This document shows positions 23,143-24,408 of a stretch of 24,408 nucleotides of DNA, one piece after another. Every line of letters starts with the position of its first letter. The first letter of the stretch is position 1. Source of the stretch: a virus (lineage: Duplodnaviria > Caudoviricetes); the IMG/VR virus record IMGVR_UViG_3300025888_000028, positions 1-24,408 of that record; one strand, given 5' to 3'. Under the pieces are notes generated by a model that did no database searches, had not been told where the DNA came from, and saw only the letters and a program-made list of their open reading frames with translations. Position numbers and translations under genes: made by a program.

Positions 23143-24408
23143 TCAGCCCTCCTTTCCGTCCAGGAAGTTCTGGTAGCGCTCCTGGATCTCGTTGGGGTTC
23201 TCGGAGAGCACGAGGCCCATGGCCTTCGGGTAGCCGATGCCGTCCTTGGCCATGCGCGCCCGGCTGAGCTCGGAGAGCTCGACGTCGGCCCGCTTCGTGG
23301 GCTTGCCTTCGCCTTCGCTGCCGGTGCCGTGCTCGGTCGTGTCGATGACCTTGACGGTGTGGCTGGCGAGGGCCAGCTCGGCTTCGACCATGTTGCGATC
23401 GGCCAGGCCGAGGAAGTAGTCCCGCTGGCCGGGCGAAACGGTGTTCTCCGTCTTGATCTTCTCGTCGAGCTTGATCGTGAAGGCGGCGATGGCGCCCGTC
23501 TTCTCGGTCTCGGCGAGCTTGATCTCAGCCGCGTCGGCCCGCTTCGTCTCAGCCGCGTCGTGCTCAGCGAGCTTCACGACCTCGGCCAGCACGAGCGCCT
23601 CAGGGGCGTCTTCGGCCAGGTTGAGCTTGGTTGCTACGGTCTTCATGGGGTCACTTCCTTTCGTTGCGGCGTCGCCATCGGCGAGCACCACGTCTTGGCC
23701 TTCGTCAGCCTTCGCGAGTTGCGAAGCAGCGTCGGAACTGCCGTCTATGGGCTCGGCGTGGTCGCCGGGGTCTTCGGTGAGTGCGTGTGCGGAAGCCTTG
23801 CGTATGGCCTCGCGGAGATAGGTGCGGATGACAGGGATGCCGAGCTTGCCGCCGAGCGCCTCGTTGGCCGCGGTAAGCGCGTCCTCCAGCTTGGCGACTG
23901 CGGCGGCGACGGGGTCTGTTTCGGCAAGTCCGGTGGGGCCTTCCGATGCCTTCATGTTTTCGGGCACGTCGTCTTCGGTCTTGCCGGGGTTCTCCTTCAA
24001 CCACTTGGCGCGCATCTTGGCCTTGATGAACTCGGGGATGGCGGCGAGGGTGACCTCAGACAGCGACAGCGTCACGGCGACGCGCTGCTTCTCGGCGGCG
24101 TTCTTGACGCCAGGCATGAGACGCAGGACGGGCGTGTTCGTCAGGGTCAGCGAGCGCAGGACGTTGTCGACCTTCTCACCGGTGTCGTTCAGGGTGACGG
24201 GGCCGATCTCGACGCTGCCGTACTTATACTGGTCGTCGCTGAGCATGGTGGCGCCGATGCCGGTCCACTTGACGTCAGCCCAGAGCGCGAGGCCGGTGAC
24301 GTCGTCCTCTTCGTAGCTGGCGAGGTAGACGCGCTTCACCCAGCCGGCCGCCGGCACCGAAGTGTCGTGCTTGCCGGAGGAGTCGACCACGGGCTCGGTG
24401 CCCAGGAC
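23143..24408 (-). CDS. Mu I-like prohead protease-scaffold (5' end outside window)
   Basis: AAGWV...LWADVKWT..G...YKYGSVEI...LTLTNTP protease motifs; helical C-terminal scaffold; frame open to the window edge. Confidence 0.85.
   Translation of the reverse strand, partial: VLGTEPVVDSSGKHDTSVPAAGWVKRVYLASYEEDDVTGLALWADVKWTGIGATMLSDDQYKYGSVEIGPVTLNDTGEKVDNVLRSLTLTNTPVLRLMPGVKNAAEKQRVAVTLSLSEVTLAAIPEFIKAKMRAKWLKENPGKTEDDVPENMKASEGPTGLAETDPVAAAVAKLEDALTAANEALGGKLGIPVIRTYLREAIRKASAHALTEDPGDHAEPIDGSSDAASQLAKADEGQDVVLADGDAATKGSDPMKTVATKLNLAEDAPEALVLAEVVKLAEHDAAETKRADAAEIKLAETEKTGAIAAFTIKLDEKIKTENTVSPGQRDYFLGLADRNMVEAELALASHTVKVIDTTEHGTGSEGEGKPTKRADVELSELSRARMAKDGIGYPKAMGLVLSENPNEIQERYQNFLDGKEG

Noticed and set aside
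1-24408. CRISPR array, rRNA/tRNA, integrase/att site, transposase
   Set aside because: None seen. Prophage versus free phage cannot be decided from this window.

Overview
High-GC tailed-phage or prophage segment, almost all on the minus strand. The host is probably an actinobacterium, a weak inference from GC content and promoter style. In transcription order (right to left) it carries Mu-like head genes (protease/scaffold, DUF2190-like cement, major capsid, adaptor, neck), then a siphovirus-type tail (tube, two paralogous chaperones, short tape measure, Dit, hub, fibre genes) and a CHAP endolysin. An accessory block follows: a His-motif protein, a DUF1828/1829-like protein, a methyltransferase-Mrr fusion and an opposite-strand membrane zinc-ribbon gene. 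Next come a structured intergenic region, a signal-anchored lytic transglycosylase, a holin-like gene, two Xis-like HTH genes and an early operon ending in an ERF recombinase. Most notable: (1) three fibre genes with complementary N- and C-terminal halves of one repeat module, suggesting a base-shaft-tip fibre that polymerises head-to-tail; (2) G and GT tail chaperones apparently made by gene duplication rather than frameshift; (3) a candidate defence cassette; (4) a candidate structured RNA. All family calls come from recognising motifs by eye, with no database searches.
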